This document shows positions 9,010-17,178 of a DNA stretch of 64,000 bases, one piece after another. The first letter of the stretch is position 1. Every line of letters begins with the position of its first letter. Source of the DNA: Candidatus Thermofontivivens primus. GTDB lineage: Bacteria > Sysuimicrobiota > Sysuimicrobiia > Sysuimicrobiales > Thermofontiviventaceae. Below the pieces are notes generated by a model. It was given only the letters and a program-made list of their open reading frames with translations. It was not told where the DNA came from and ran no database searches. Made by a program: the position numbers and the translations under genes. The DNA is taken from contig JAVKJW010000001.1 of the NCBI GenBank assembly GCA_031458695.1, positions 160,001-224,000 on the forward strand, written 5' to 3'.

Positions 9010-10376
9010 AAACACATGTCATCCCCCGGGCCCGTTACAGCCCGGAGACAATCTGGAGCCGGGTTTTCCGCGCAGGGGTCATTGTAGCGGGAATCGCCGC
9101 GTTCACCCGGCTTCTCACAGCCCCACCCCCTGCGCCTGCGTCTCCCTACCACGGCTATGCCTCAGTACTTGCTTGGGCAGTAGCCATCCTTTTGACCGTC
9201 CTCGGCGGCCTTTACCCCTTGCGGTTGGGGCAAAAGGTCTTGCTGAACCTGAGCAGTGCGGTACTCTTTGGGATCCTGCTCACCTTTCCCCCGGTGGAGG
9301 CTGTTCTCGTCGCCTTCGCGGGGACGTTCATCTACCTGGTCATCCGCCACCTGCGCCGTGACCGGTTGACCGTTCAGACCATCGCCTTCAACCTGGGCCA
9401 ATACCTCGTCACCTGGAGCGTGACGGTGGACGTCCTGCACCGCATACGTCCTCCCCAGCATGCCAGCGACCTGCTGCTCAACATCGTGGGGATCGGGGCG
9501 GCTGCGCTCGTCTACTTCTTCATCAATACATGGCTTGTCACGACCGCCTCAGCGTTCCGGCGCATGGAGCTCACCTGGGACACCTGGTACCGGGCGGTCC
9601 GCGAGACCTGGTATGGCTATATCGCCACGCTCCTCCTGGGCGCGGTCATCGCCCAGCTTGCCCACTCCGCTCCGGTGTTCGTCTTCTACCTGATCCCGGC
9701 CATCGTCTTGATCCGGCAGGCCTTCTCCAGGATGGCGACAGTCATGAAGACGCAGACGCTCTCCGTCCTGGAGGCCCTGGCCGCCTCACTCGAGCACAGG
9801 TCTAGCTATACCTCCGACCATGCGGAGCGCGTGGCGCACCTGGCGAGGATAACCGCCCACCGGCTGGGGATGTCGAGCGAAGAGGCTGAAGCAGTTGAGA
9901 TCGCCGCACGCCTCCATGACTTGGGGAAGGTAGCCATCCCGCTCCACGTCCTCAATAAGCCGGGGCCTCTTACCGATGAGGAGAGAGCCCAGATCCGGAA
10001 CCACCCCAAGATCGGGGCGGAGATCCTCCGCCGGATCGAAGGCTACGACAGGGTCGCCACCTTCGTGGAGTATCACCACGAGCGGTGGGACGGAAACGGG
10101 TACTATGGGCTCCTTCGTGAGGAGATCCCTCTCGGGGCCCGAATCATTGCCGTCGTGGACGCTTTCGACGCCATGGTCTCTCACCGTCCTTACCGGAAGG
10201 CGTTGGCGGTCGAGGAAGCCCTCGCCCAGCTATGGGCCAACCGGGGGACGCAATTTGATCCCCGTGTCGTCGACGCGTTCATCCAGGTCGTCGAGGAAGA
10301 GGGTCGCAGCCTCATCCCTGGGGTCGTGCCTCTTCCCGAGCCAGTTCCAGTTCAAGTAACCAGCAAAATCTCATAA
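9006..10376 (+). CDS. Membrane-bound HD-GYP cyclic-dinucleotide phosphodiesterase
   Basis: About 7 hydrophobic segments, then T.DHAERV, LHDLGK, HHERWDGNGYYGL, DAFDAM..RPYR. Confidence 0.9.
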   Translation: MKTHVIPRARYSPETIWSRVFRAGVIVAGIAAFTRLLTAPPPAPASPYHGYASVLAWAVAILLTVLGGLYPLRLGQKVLLNLSSAVLFGILLTFPPVEAVLVAFAGTFIYLVIRHLRRDRLTVQTIAFNLGQYLVTWSVTVDVLHRIRPPQHASDLLLNIVGIGAAALVYFFINTWLVTTASAFRRMELTWDTWYRAVRETWYGYIATLLLGAVIAQLAHSAPVFVFYLIPAIVLIRQAFSRMATVMKTQTLSVLEALAASLEHRSSYTSDHAERVAHLARITAHRLGMSSEEAEAVEIAARLHDLGKVAIPLHVLNKPGPLTDEERAQIRNHPKIGAEILRRIEGYDRVATFVEYHHERWDGNGYYGLLREEIPLGARIIAVVDAFDAMVSHRPYRKALAVEEALAQLWANRGTQFDPRVVDAFIQVVEEEGRSLIPGVVPLPEPVPVQVTSKIS

Positions 10377-10382
10377 TGCTGG
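10360..10382. repeat. REP-like palindrome family A, partial copy
   Basis: CCAGCAAAATCTC..TGCTGG, related to copies at 11610, 14069, 15347, 32577 and 43909. Confidence 0.55.
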
Positions 10383-10390
10383 TTTGCGAG

Positions 10391-10421
10391 AGGAGGGGCA
10401 CGGCGCTGCCGTGCCCCTCCT
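10391..10421. repeat. REP-like palindrome family B, possible bidirectional terminator
   Basis: AGGAGGGGCACGGC-GCT-GCCGTGCCCCTCCT; same core at 33678. Confidence 0.65.
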
Positions 10422-10426
10422 TGCTT

Positions 10427-10828
10427 TTATACGCTCGCCAGCAGGAACCCAAAAAGCAGAAGGGTATCCAGGGCAGAAGCAAGGCACCAGCTACATACAG
10501 AGTGCAAGACGCAAAACTGCAGGTAGGCCAAGTAAAGGTAGAACACAAGGGCAACCGCCGTTGCGGCAACCATGGGCCAGAGAGCCCACCCCACACCTAC
10601 CCTGAGCAGGGCCAGGCCTGCGAGCATTCCTCCAAAAAAGAGTACCCCCAGCGCCCCATTAGGGATCCCCAAAAGACGCCCATAAGGACTGCGGATGACC
10701 CTGGCACAACCACTCCCAATGCACAACACCGGTCCAGGGGTCACCTGCTTGTACCAGATGTAGGCGCTGAGGAGGAGCCCTATCGCGCTCAGAATTGCTA
10801 AAAGAGTCGTTATCACTGCATTTTGCAT
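10427..10828 (-). CDS. Vitamin K epoxide reductase (VKOR) family protein
   Basis: C-x4-C..V..SPYGRLLGIP and C-terminal CSWC in TM context. Confidence 0.88.
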   Translation of the reverse strand: MQNAVITTLLAILSAIGLLLSAYIWYKQVTPGPVLCIGSGCARVIRSPYGRLLGIPNGALGVLFFGGMLAGLALLRVGVGWALWPMVAATAVALVFYLYLAYLQFCVLHSVCSWCLASALDTLLLFGFLLASV

Positions 10829-10947
10829 ACTTGCATCGAGAATCGTGCAGTCTGAGAGCATCTATCCGTCCATGCGCGATCAGATCTGTTGCCAAGTTTG
10901 CGTGCTGGAACCTTCCAACCTAGAAACCTCTAGAAACCTTTCAACGT

Positions 10948-11559
10948 TTAACCCTTGAGGGGTTCGATGCGCAAAAGGACAATCTGGATCGTCTTTCGAT
11001 CGTGGGTATGGAACGGAAATAGGCGCGGGAGGACAAAGGGCAAGGTCCGCCGCAAGGTGATCCTGCCCTTCCCCTCAAGGGACCGCTCCAAGAAGGAAAG
11101 AGCCTTGGCATCGTGAAAGGTGTAGACGACTCCCGCCACCTGGAGAGCCTTGTCCAGGAACGGCAGATCCCCATGCCCTGGACGGTCACCAAATGGCGGG
11201 TTCTGGACCACGGTATCGACCTGAATCCCGAATTCTTGCACATCGCCGGCGATGAACTCCACAGAGACTCCAAGCCTCTCTGCCCATCCTTTTGCCACCT
11301 CTAGCGCCTCTTCGTCCACGTCCACGCCGTAGACGCGGGATGCCCCAAGGAGCGCTGCACCAATGGCCAGGATCCCTGTCCCGCAACCCAGGTCGGCCAC
11401 AACCTTCCCCTCGATATCCCCGTACAAGAAAGCGGTGTGGAGCATCTCTGCAGCGAGGGGAGCGGGTGTGGCGTATTGCTCAAGCCATCGCTTCGGGTGC
11501 GGATGGGGAGGGATCTGCTGGAGGGTCATCTCCAGGTGCTTCTTCGACCAGGTGACCAT
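10948..11559 (-). CDS. METTL5-like (archaeal/eukaryotic-type) N6-adenine RNA methyltransferase
   Basis: [36 protein letters not shown] motifs; ATG 11559 after AAGGAAG. Confidence 0.8.
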   Translation of the reverse strand: MVTWSKKHLEMTLQQIPPHPHPKRWLEQYATPAPLAAEMLHTAFLYGDIEGKVVADLGCGTGILAIGAALLGASRVYGVDVDEEALEVAKGWAERLGVSVEFIAGDVQEFGIQVDTVVQNPPFGDRPGHGDLPFLDKALQVAGVVYTFHDAKALSFLERSLEGKGRITLRRTLPFVLPRLFPFHTHDRKTIQIVLLRIEPLKG

Positions 11560-11609
11560 TGTGGCTTCCTTTCCAGCAAGCTCCTGTAGACCTATTGCGG
11601 GTTCTCGGG

Positions 11610-11646
11610 CTTCCAGCAAAATCTCGACGAGAGATTTTTCTGGAAG
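11610..11646. repeat. REP-like palindrome family A copy
   Basis: CTTCCAGCAAAATCTC-GACGA-GAGATTTTTCTGGAAG (16-bp stem, 1 mismatch). Confidence 0.7.
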
Positions 11647-11650
11647 TTCC

Positions 11651-12646
11651 TTAGATGTGGAACTCCACGATGTCTCCATCCTCCAGGAGGTACCCACGCT
11701 CCACCATCATGCCGTTGATCCCCTTCCCCCGCCACAACCGGGCGAACCGGAGGTTGCGTGCAAAGTCCTTATGGATCTCCTCTGCAGCGTCCAACACCGT
11801 GCTCCCGCGTTTGAGGATGAGTGGTTCATCGAGCTTTGGTTTCTGCCCTGGTGCCTTGGTGTATACCCGGATAATCTGGAGCAACTGGAACATCCTGTGT
11901 TTGAGATCCTCAAGCCCTGTGCCCATGACAGCAGAGACTGGAAGGATGGAGAATCGCTCCCGGAAGAACTCTTCCAGGACCTCCAGGTTCGCGCTTGCCC
12001 TGGGGGCGTCCAGTTTGTTGGCTACGAGGACCGCTGGTTTCTCTGTTCTCCCGTATGGCTGAGACCCTGGTGTTTGGGAATCCCTGGAGCCCAGGAGGAT
12101 ACGGTTTTGCTGGAGGAGGTCAAGGGTTTCCTCCAGGCGGACGAGGAGATCGTCGTCACTGAGGTCGAGCACAAGGAGGGCGGCATCGGCGGCACGGATG
12201 ATGGCGAAGAGCCAGGGCTCGGAAAAACCAGGGGCGACGGGAGGAAGGTCCACGAGCTGCATCTGAATATCCTCATACTCCACCATCCCGGGGAGGGGAA
12301 CCCTGGTGGTGAAGGGGTAGTCATGTACTTCAGGGGTCGCGTTGGTCAACGCCTTGAGCAAGGATGATTTCCCCACATTGGGCGGGCCGACGAGCACGAG
12401 CTGCCCTGCTCCTTCCCTCTCTACGTGGAAGAAAGGCTTCTGTCGTGGCGCGCCACGACGGCGCGCCAGCTCTCCGCGAAGCTTGGCAATGCGGCGTTTG
12501 ATGTCCGCCTGCATCTTCTCTGTCCCTTTATGCTTCGGGATCGTAGCAAGCATCTCTTCCAAAGCCGCCAGCTTCTCCTGAAGGGTTTGCGCCTCCCGAA
12601 ACCTTCGCTCCGCTTCGAGGTACTCAGGGGTAAGGTTTGCTGGCAT
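11651..12646 (-). CDS. OBG-superfamily DRG-like GTPase with C-terminal TGS domain
   Basis: [44 protein letters not shown]. Confidence 0.88.
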   Translation of the reverse strand: MPANLTPEYLEAERRFREAQTLQEKLAALEEMLATIPKHKGTEKMQADIKRRIAKLRGELARRRGAPRQKPFFHVEREGAGQLVLVGPPNVGKSSLLKALTNATPEVHDYPFTTRVPLPGMVEYEDIQMQLVDLPPVAPGFSEPWLFAIIRAADAALLVLDLSDDDLLVRLEETLDLLQQNRILLGSRDSQTPGSQPYGRTEKPAVLVANKLDAPRASANLEVLEEFFRERFSILPVSAVMGTGLEDLKHRMFQLLQIIRVYTKAPGQKPKLDEPLILKRGSTVLDAAEEIHKDFARNLRFARLWRGKGINGMMVERGYLLEDGDIVEFHI

Positions 12647-12871
12647 CTTGACTCACCTTCCCTAATTGTACAAGAACTCCCCAGGCAAAAGAAATGCCTC
12701 ATCGAACTCTGAGACCCCCGAGGTAAAACACGGGAGGGGCGACTCCCTGTGGTTCTCCTATTGCTGGGCAAGCATGGGGCCTACCCTACAAGAGATCAGA
12801 AGAGGTAACCCAAGAGATAGGTTGTCCCGAGGGATACCCTCCTATACGTCGTTGTTTTTGGGTAAACAAAC

Positions 12872-12896
12872 AGGAGTTTGCATGAGGATGTCGAAT
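12872..12896 (+). promoter_or_regulatory. sigmaH-like promoter of the micro-ORF
   Basis: AGGA-N14-GTCGAATAGAA; the downstream block is identical to that of the 8388 promoter. Confidence 0.6.
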
Positions 12897-12955
12897 AGAA
12901 AATCGACCATGATGGTCAATCTCCGCCTGCGAGAGCGAAGCGAAAGGAGGGGACC

Positions 12956-13000
12956 ATGGCCACGAAGAAGAAGGGTGGCAAAAAGGGCGGGAAGAAATAG
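12956..13000 (+). CDS. 14-aa Lys/Gly-rich micro-peptide MATKKKGGKKGGKK
   Basis: Strong RBS AAAGGAGGGG-ACC-ATG, stop TAG, upstream promoter, downstream terminator; too short for the ORF track. Confidence 0.6.
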   Translation: MATKKKGGKKGGKK

Positions 13001-13019
13001 CAACCCTTCTCGTCTCTTG

Positions 13020-13049
13020 GGCCGGGGTGGAGATCCACCCCGGCCTTTT
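13020..13049 (+). terminator. Intrinsic terminator
   Basis: GGCCGGGGTGG-AGAT-CCACCCCGGCC-TTTT (perfect 11-bp stem). Confidence 0.8.
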
Positions 13050-13082
13050 CCCTTCCTCCAGGAATTTTCCCGTCCGCACTCT

Positions 13083-13949
13083 TCAATTCTTAGGTAGAGA
13101 GGCAATCGGAGGGCGCAGGATAACAAGTCTGCGCAGTTCGTAGGTGAGAGCTGTTGCGACCTCCTTAAAGCGCCATCCGAGTGCCCATCCCCCGATGGGC
13201 GGAAGGGTCTCGTACCAGCGGGGGATCTCGCTCACCCGCAGCACTGGCACAAGGGTAGGGCCCTGCACAGTGGAGTCATCCGGAACAACGACTGCGGCAT
13301 GCACGAGGAGATCTGCAAGTTCGGGCCGAGCGAGATAAACTCTCTCCCCCCAGCCCTTCATCAGGATCCCCAAGGTCTTCCGCATTTCAAAGGCCACGCG
13401 GTCATAGGGAGGAGAAATCCGAGTCATTCCTTGCCAGTGCATCTTCCGAAGGGTGCATTGCCCGCGGGCCGGGAAAGCAAGCAACAGCACGATCCCTGCG
13501 GATCCCACGAGGAGATGGCTGCACCTCTGGATGGATCCAGGGATGGGAATCGGTACTTCGTTGAGGACCACCAACCCTTCCTCAATCCTGGAGGAAATGA
13601 AAGCACAAACTTCCTCCTCTAAGGCGATCTCCTCCTCAAGAAGGGGAGATCGTGGAGAGGGAAATGCGAGCAACTCGTTGAACCCGCGAGAAAGGGCGAG
13701 CGCCGTTAGGCACAGACTAAGAAGGCTCAAAGGGGCGGCCCAGAGGGATCCCATGATGCTGGCCACGGCCAGCCCGGAGGCAGCGCCGAAGCTTACGGTC
13801 GCAAGGGCCACCAGGATCTTGCCTCGCCTGGAGAAACCCTGCATGGGAGCAGCAATCGCCTTCCCGCTCTGCGCCAGGAGCGCAAGATCCCGCAGAGTGG
13901 AAGCCGGTCGCCCCACCACAATGGGGCGCAAGACACCGCTCTGTTTCAT
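13083..13949 (-). CDS. Membrane-anchored hypothetical protein with a degenerate NERD-like domain
   Basis: Two TM helices, then VVLNEVPIP...CSHLLVGSAGIVLL resembling the NERD core. Confidence 0.55.
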   Translation of the reverse strand: MKQSGVLRPIVVGRPASTLRDLALLAQSGKAIAAPMQGFSRRGKILVALATVSFGAASGLAVASIMGSLWAAPLSLLSLCLTALALSRGFNELLAFPSPRSPLLEEEIALEEEVCAFISSRIEEGLVVLNEVPIPIPGSIQRCSHLLVGSAGIVLLLAFPARGQCTLRKMHWQGMTRISPPYDRVAFEMRKTLGILMKGWGERVYLARPELADLLVHAAVVVPDDSTVQGPTLVPVLRVSEIPRWYETLPPIGGWALGWRFKEVATALTYELRRLVILRPPIASLPKN

Positions 13950-13994
13950 GAAAAGTCCGTCTCGAAAGGGATTTCCGGGGTTCTAAGCATTCGT

Positions 13995-14019
13995 ATTCGC
14001 CCCTTTTGCCCATCTTCCT
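13995..14019 (-). promoter_or_regulatory. sigmaH-like promoter of the NERD-like gene
   Basis: Minus strand AGGA-N14-GGCGAAT about 45 nt upstream of ATG 13949. Confidence 0.5.
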
Positions 14020-14068
14020 CCTCGCGGGAGCCGAGGAGATAGGTATCCCGGCAAAAGACTTGTCGGGC

Positions 14069-14103
14069 CCCCAGCAATATCTCGACAAGAGACGTTGCTG
14101 GGG
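14069..14103. repeat. REP-like palindrome family A copy
   Basis: CCCCAGCAATATCTC-GACAA-GAGACGTTGCTGGGG. Confidence 0.65.
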
Positions 14104-14141
14104 TTCCATACCCTCTTTTTGAGGAGAGGCTGAGGCGGAAG

Positions 14142-14969
14142 TTATGCAGGAGCCTGGGCGATTACCTGGAGCCAGTTCCGCGGGAGGGAGGAGATCCCCC
14201 GCTCCTGGGCAGCAGCCCTCACACCTTCTTTGAGGGCCTGCGAGGCGATGGGGAGGGGAACGCCGGGCAAAGCACCCTCGATGAACATGGAGAACTCGCT
14301 GATGTCTTCCAGGCTCTCGATAGGGAGATCCACGGTCATCGTGAAATACTGGATGTTCCGGAAGCCGACCGTCTCCAGGAGGGAGGAGAACTCCTGGGGA
14401 GAGAGCCACTGCATTGCTGTCGTTTTTGCCTGCCGGATCACTGTGATCCCCTGGGACCGCAGGCGTTGGATCGCGCGGAGCACCCACAGCTTATAGAACG
14501 AGGCCGTCCCCTCAGGGTATGCCCCATGGAAGAACGTGGTGTTGAAACCCAGGACGCCTCCTGGCCGGAGAACCTTGAAGATCTCCTCAAGGACCGCTCG
14601 CTTGTCCTCAATCAAGTGGATAGCGTTGCAAAAAACCACTGCGTCAACCTTAGGAACTAGCCTGGAGAGCTGCTCGGCACTGCCGCAGACGAACTGCACG
14701 ATCTTTGAAGTAATGCGCTGGCGCGCTTTGTTCAACTCGGTAAGGGATTGGTCAACAGCATAGATAAGACCTTGCCCGCTCTTCTTGAGCTGGAGGATGA
14801 GCTCTGTGACCGCGCCTGGGCCGCAGGCAAGGTCCACTACGGACCACCCCTCCTCAATACCGAGATGCTCCACAAGCCACTGGTTCACCTGGGTAAAGAA
14901 CGCGTGGCGGGCGAACTTGGCAAAGGAAAAGACTTGAGCTTCTGACGGATCGGAGATAACCTGACCCAT
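14142..14969 (-). CDS. Class I SAM-dependent methyltransferase
   Basis: VVDLACGPG motif I, VLRPGG; ATG 14969 after GGGAGGAGG. Confidence 0.85.
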   Translation of the reverse strand: MGQVISDPSEAQVFSFAKFARHAFFTQVNQWLVEHLGIEEGWSVVDLACGPGAVTELILQLKKSGQGLIYAVDQSLTELNKARQRITSKIVQFVCGSAEQLSRLVPKVDAVVFCNAIHLIEDKRAVLEEIFKVLRPGGVLGFNTTFFHGAYPEGTASFYKLWVLRAIQRLRSQGITVIRQAKTTAMQWLSPQEFSSLLETVGFRNIQYFTMTVDLPIESLEDISEFSMFIEGALPGVPLPIASQALKEGVRAAAQERGISSLPRNWLQVIAQAPA

Positions 14970-15001
14970 AGACCTCCTCCCTTCAAAGGCAGCATAGCAC
15001 A

Positions 15002-15265
15002 TCAAGGGAGGTGTTGGCTACTAGGTATCTTGATGCGGCGTGACGTCGCTGTGGAACCAACATCCATCTCTGCCATGGATCGCTCAAGCTCCTCCAAGAG
15101 GAAGATCAAGGCTTTCTCCTTCGGCGTGACCATCCCATTCCCTGATTGGAGACGAAGAGCTTCCAGCCGGCGGACGAGACTCAACCACCTGCGCCTGAGA
15201 TACCTTCTCCCTTCCTCCGCATGAACCGCAAAAGGAAGCTGCCTCCTCTGCCGTCCCGGGGTCAT
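15002..15265 (-). CDS. Hypothetical 87-aa helical protein
   Basis: RBS GGAGGTG then ATG 15265; lies between a sigma54 motif and the methyltransferase. Confidence 0.5.
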   Translation of the reverse strand: MTPGRQRRQLPFAVHAEEGRRYLRRRWLSLVRRLEALRLQSGNGMVTPKEKALIFLLEELERSMAEMDVGSTATSRRIKIPSSQHLP

Positions 15266-15297
15266 GGCACACCTCCATGGCAGGCATCGAAGTACCC

Positions 15298-15374
15298 AGG
15301 CAAAAGTCTTTGCCATTTGCCGGGCCCCTCTTGAAATAACGGAATCCCCAGAAAAATCTCGAGATTTTGCTGGG
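15298..15374. repeat. Extended family A repeat (MITE/REP-like)
   Basis: GGCAAAAGTCTTT..CCGGGCCCCTCTTGAAAT..CCCAGAAAAATCTCGAGATTTTGCTGGG; similar to 15909-15992 and 42448-42491. Confidence 0.6.
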
Positions 15375-15394
15375 TTTACTGAATAGGGGGTAGG

Positions 15395-15410
15395 AGCAAG
15401 AACCATGCCA
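15395..15410 (-). promoter_or_regulatory. sigma54 (-24/-12) promoter
   Basis: Minus strand TGGCATGGTTCTTGCT with GG-N10-GC. Confidence 0.6.
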
Positions 15411-15551
15411 TCGTGCATCCTTTCGGATACATGGTGGGGAACCTCGCCCTCCGCAAAAACGCTGCACCAACATACATCTGGGTGGAGAGTCCAATCATCC
15501 ACGGCCTCAGCATTGGAGCGAAAGCGCATTTCAATCTGGAGCACGCCGATT

Positions 15552-15580
15552 TTGACAGGTGGCCGGGGGGTCTGTATACT
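15552..15580 (+). promoter_or_regulatory. sigma70 promoter of tRNA-Asp
   Basis: TTGACA-N17-TATACT. Confidence 0.8.
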
Positions 15581-15611
15581 AATGATTCGGCGGGAGCGTT
15601 CCCGGTTTCGC

Positions 15612-15689
15612 GGGGGCGTGGTGTAGCCTGGTCAACACACCTGCCTGTCACGCAGGAGATCGCGGGTTCAAATCCCGTCGCTCCCGCCA
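15612..15689 (+). tRNA. tRNA-Asp(GTC)
   Basis: Acceptor stem GGGGGCG/CGCTCCC, anticodon arm CCTGC-CTGTCAC-GCAGG, T loop GGTTCAAATC, encoded CCA. Confidence 0.97.
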
Positions 15690-15992
15690 CTTCCTCTGCT
15701 CTCATCCCCTTAGGTCCTGGCCTCTCTGTTCCCTTTCCATTCCATACCCCATATGCGAGATGCGAGCTATCTGTCGGTGGGGTTCCTGAACTCACCCCCA
15801 AAAACCATAGAGGCGGAGAGGGTCTCCCTCTGAGCGGACTTGATGAGGTCTCTTCTTAGGACACGATATCGTGCCTTCGTGGGCGCATAAGGTGGAGATT
15901 CAGTACCCCGGCATAAGTCTTTTGACTTTTCCGGGGGCCCCTCTTGAAATCACGCGGTCCTCAGTAAAATCTTAATAAAAGATTACCACTAG

Positions 15993-16026
15993 ACAGTTGA
16001 CATGACAGGTGTAAACCCCATAGAAT
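15993..16026 (+). promoter_or_regulatory. NiaR operator overlapping the sigma70 promoter of the niaX-like gene
   Basis: Imperfect palindrome ACAGTTGACATGACAGGTGT (15993-16012) over TTGACA-N18-TAGAAT. Confidence 0.7.
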
Positions 16027-16062
16027 GGCTACGGAATCTCTCTGCGGGAGGAGGGGAATCCT

Positions 16063-16563
16063 GTGCGACCAAAGGAAATTGCCCTCGGTGGCCTGCTGAC
16101 AGCTTTTGCTCTGCTCATCCCCTTGGCGTTTCGGGGAACCTTCCTGCAGTTTTATATCCCTGCCATCGCATATTCTGCTACGTTCGCCTCACACGTTCCC
16201 TCGATGCTCGCTATGCTCATAAGTCCCGCGGTCGCTGCCCTTGTAGGCCTAGGGTCAACCCTAGGCTTCTTGGTCACCCTCGGGCCCGTGATCGCTGCCA
16301 GAGCGTTCATTCATACGATTTGGGGAGTGGTGGGGGCGGAAATGGTGCGAAGAGGGAGGTCGCTTCTCGCTGCCCTCATCGTGGCACTTCCAATCCACGC
16401 AATCGGGGAAGGTGTAGTGGTCTGGCTTCTTGGACCGGGATTCCAGGCGGGGCTCTTCGTCGCCGCGGGGACGGTCATCCACCATGTGATCGACTCCGTC
16501 ATTACCTTGGCATTAGCCAGGCTGCTTGCACCAGTTCTTGCTCTGCACGAGCGGGCGGCCTAG
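16063..16563 (+). CDS. niaX: ECF transporter S component, NiaX-like (niacin)
   Basis: SATFASHVP, ARAFIH, PIHAIGE, GTVIHHVID motifs; adjacent to niaR. Confidence 0.75.
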   Translation: MRPKEIALGGLLTAFALLIPLAFRGTFLQFYIPAIAYSATFASHVPSMLAMLISPAVAALVGLGSTLGFLVTLGPVIAARAFIHTIWGVVGAEMVRRGRSLLAALIVALPIHAIGEGVVVWLLGPGFQAGLFVAAGTVIHHVIDSVITLALARLLAPVLALHERAA

Positions 16564-17159
16564 GGGGTCTCTCTCTCCTTGCTCTCAACGAGGTATCCCT
16601 TCTCCCTCAAGGCTTTCCGGACGCGGCCTAGGATCTCCAGGGAGGGCGCTTCAATGGTGTGATAGTGAACCCCTCTGGTGAGAGAGGAGAGAGGCTCGGC
16701 GTTGGTCTTCGCCATGGATTCGAGAAAAGCGCGCACGTCCTCTCGCGTGCGGATCAGGAGTGTCCCTCTGAGCTCCCCGTAAAGGGGATGCTCTACCACC
16801 ACGTCCACGACTGTTCCCCCGCAGTCCACGATGGTGTTGAGCTCGTCCTCAATCTGACCCTTGGTGTGTTTGACCAGCACCACATCGGTATACATCCCCG
16901 TCCGTTGCAGCAGGAGGTACCCTTGGAGTGTTGCGAGGATGGGATGCCCTGCGGTCCTCAGGTGGGCGATATCTTGAACAATCACTTGGCGGGTAACACC
17001 AAGGCGTTCTGCAAGGTCGGCGCCAGTAATGGGACCGGAGGCGCTTCGGAGAATCGCGAGGAGTTGCCCACGCCGCTCCTCAGGGGAGCGGGGTACCTCG
17101 GTTCTTCCTTGCCGCTGCACGGGACGGGTCTCCGAAGGTCCATCCCCAAAGGGATTCAT
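16560..17159 (-). CDS. niaR: Niacin-responsive repressor (HTH + 3H domain)
   Basis: GVTRQVIVQDIA.LR, EHPLYGE, LSSLT.GVHYHT. Confidence 0.9.
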   Translation of the reverse strand: MNPFGDGPSETRPVQRQGRTEVPRSPEERRGQLLAILRSASGPITGADLAERLGVTRQVIVQDIAHLRTAGHPILATLQGYLLLQRTGMYTDVVLVKHTKGQIEDELNTIVDCGGTVVDVVVEHPLYGELRGTLLIRTREDVRAFLESMAKTNAEPLSSLTRGVHYHTIEAPSLEILGRVRKALREKGYLVESKERETP

Positions 17160-17178
17160 GAGGCAACCCCCGTGCTCG

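Noticed and set aside
10876..10895. Possible sigma54 site TGGCAACAGATCTGAT upstream of VKOR
   Set aside because: Lacks the invariant GC at -12.
10920..10939. Tandem CTAGAAACCT x2
   Set aside because: Only two units and no context suggesting function; likely slippage.
15612..15689. tRNA-Asp as an integration site for an island
   Set aside because: No duplicated tRNA 3' end and no adjacent integrase seen; xerC is in its housekeeping context.
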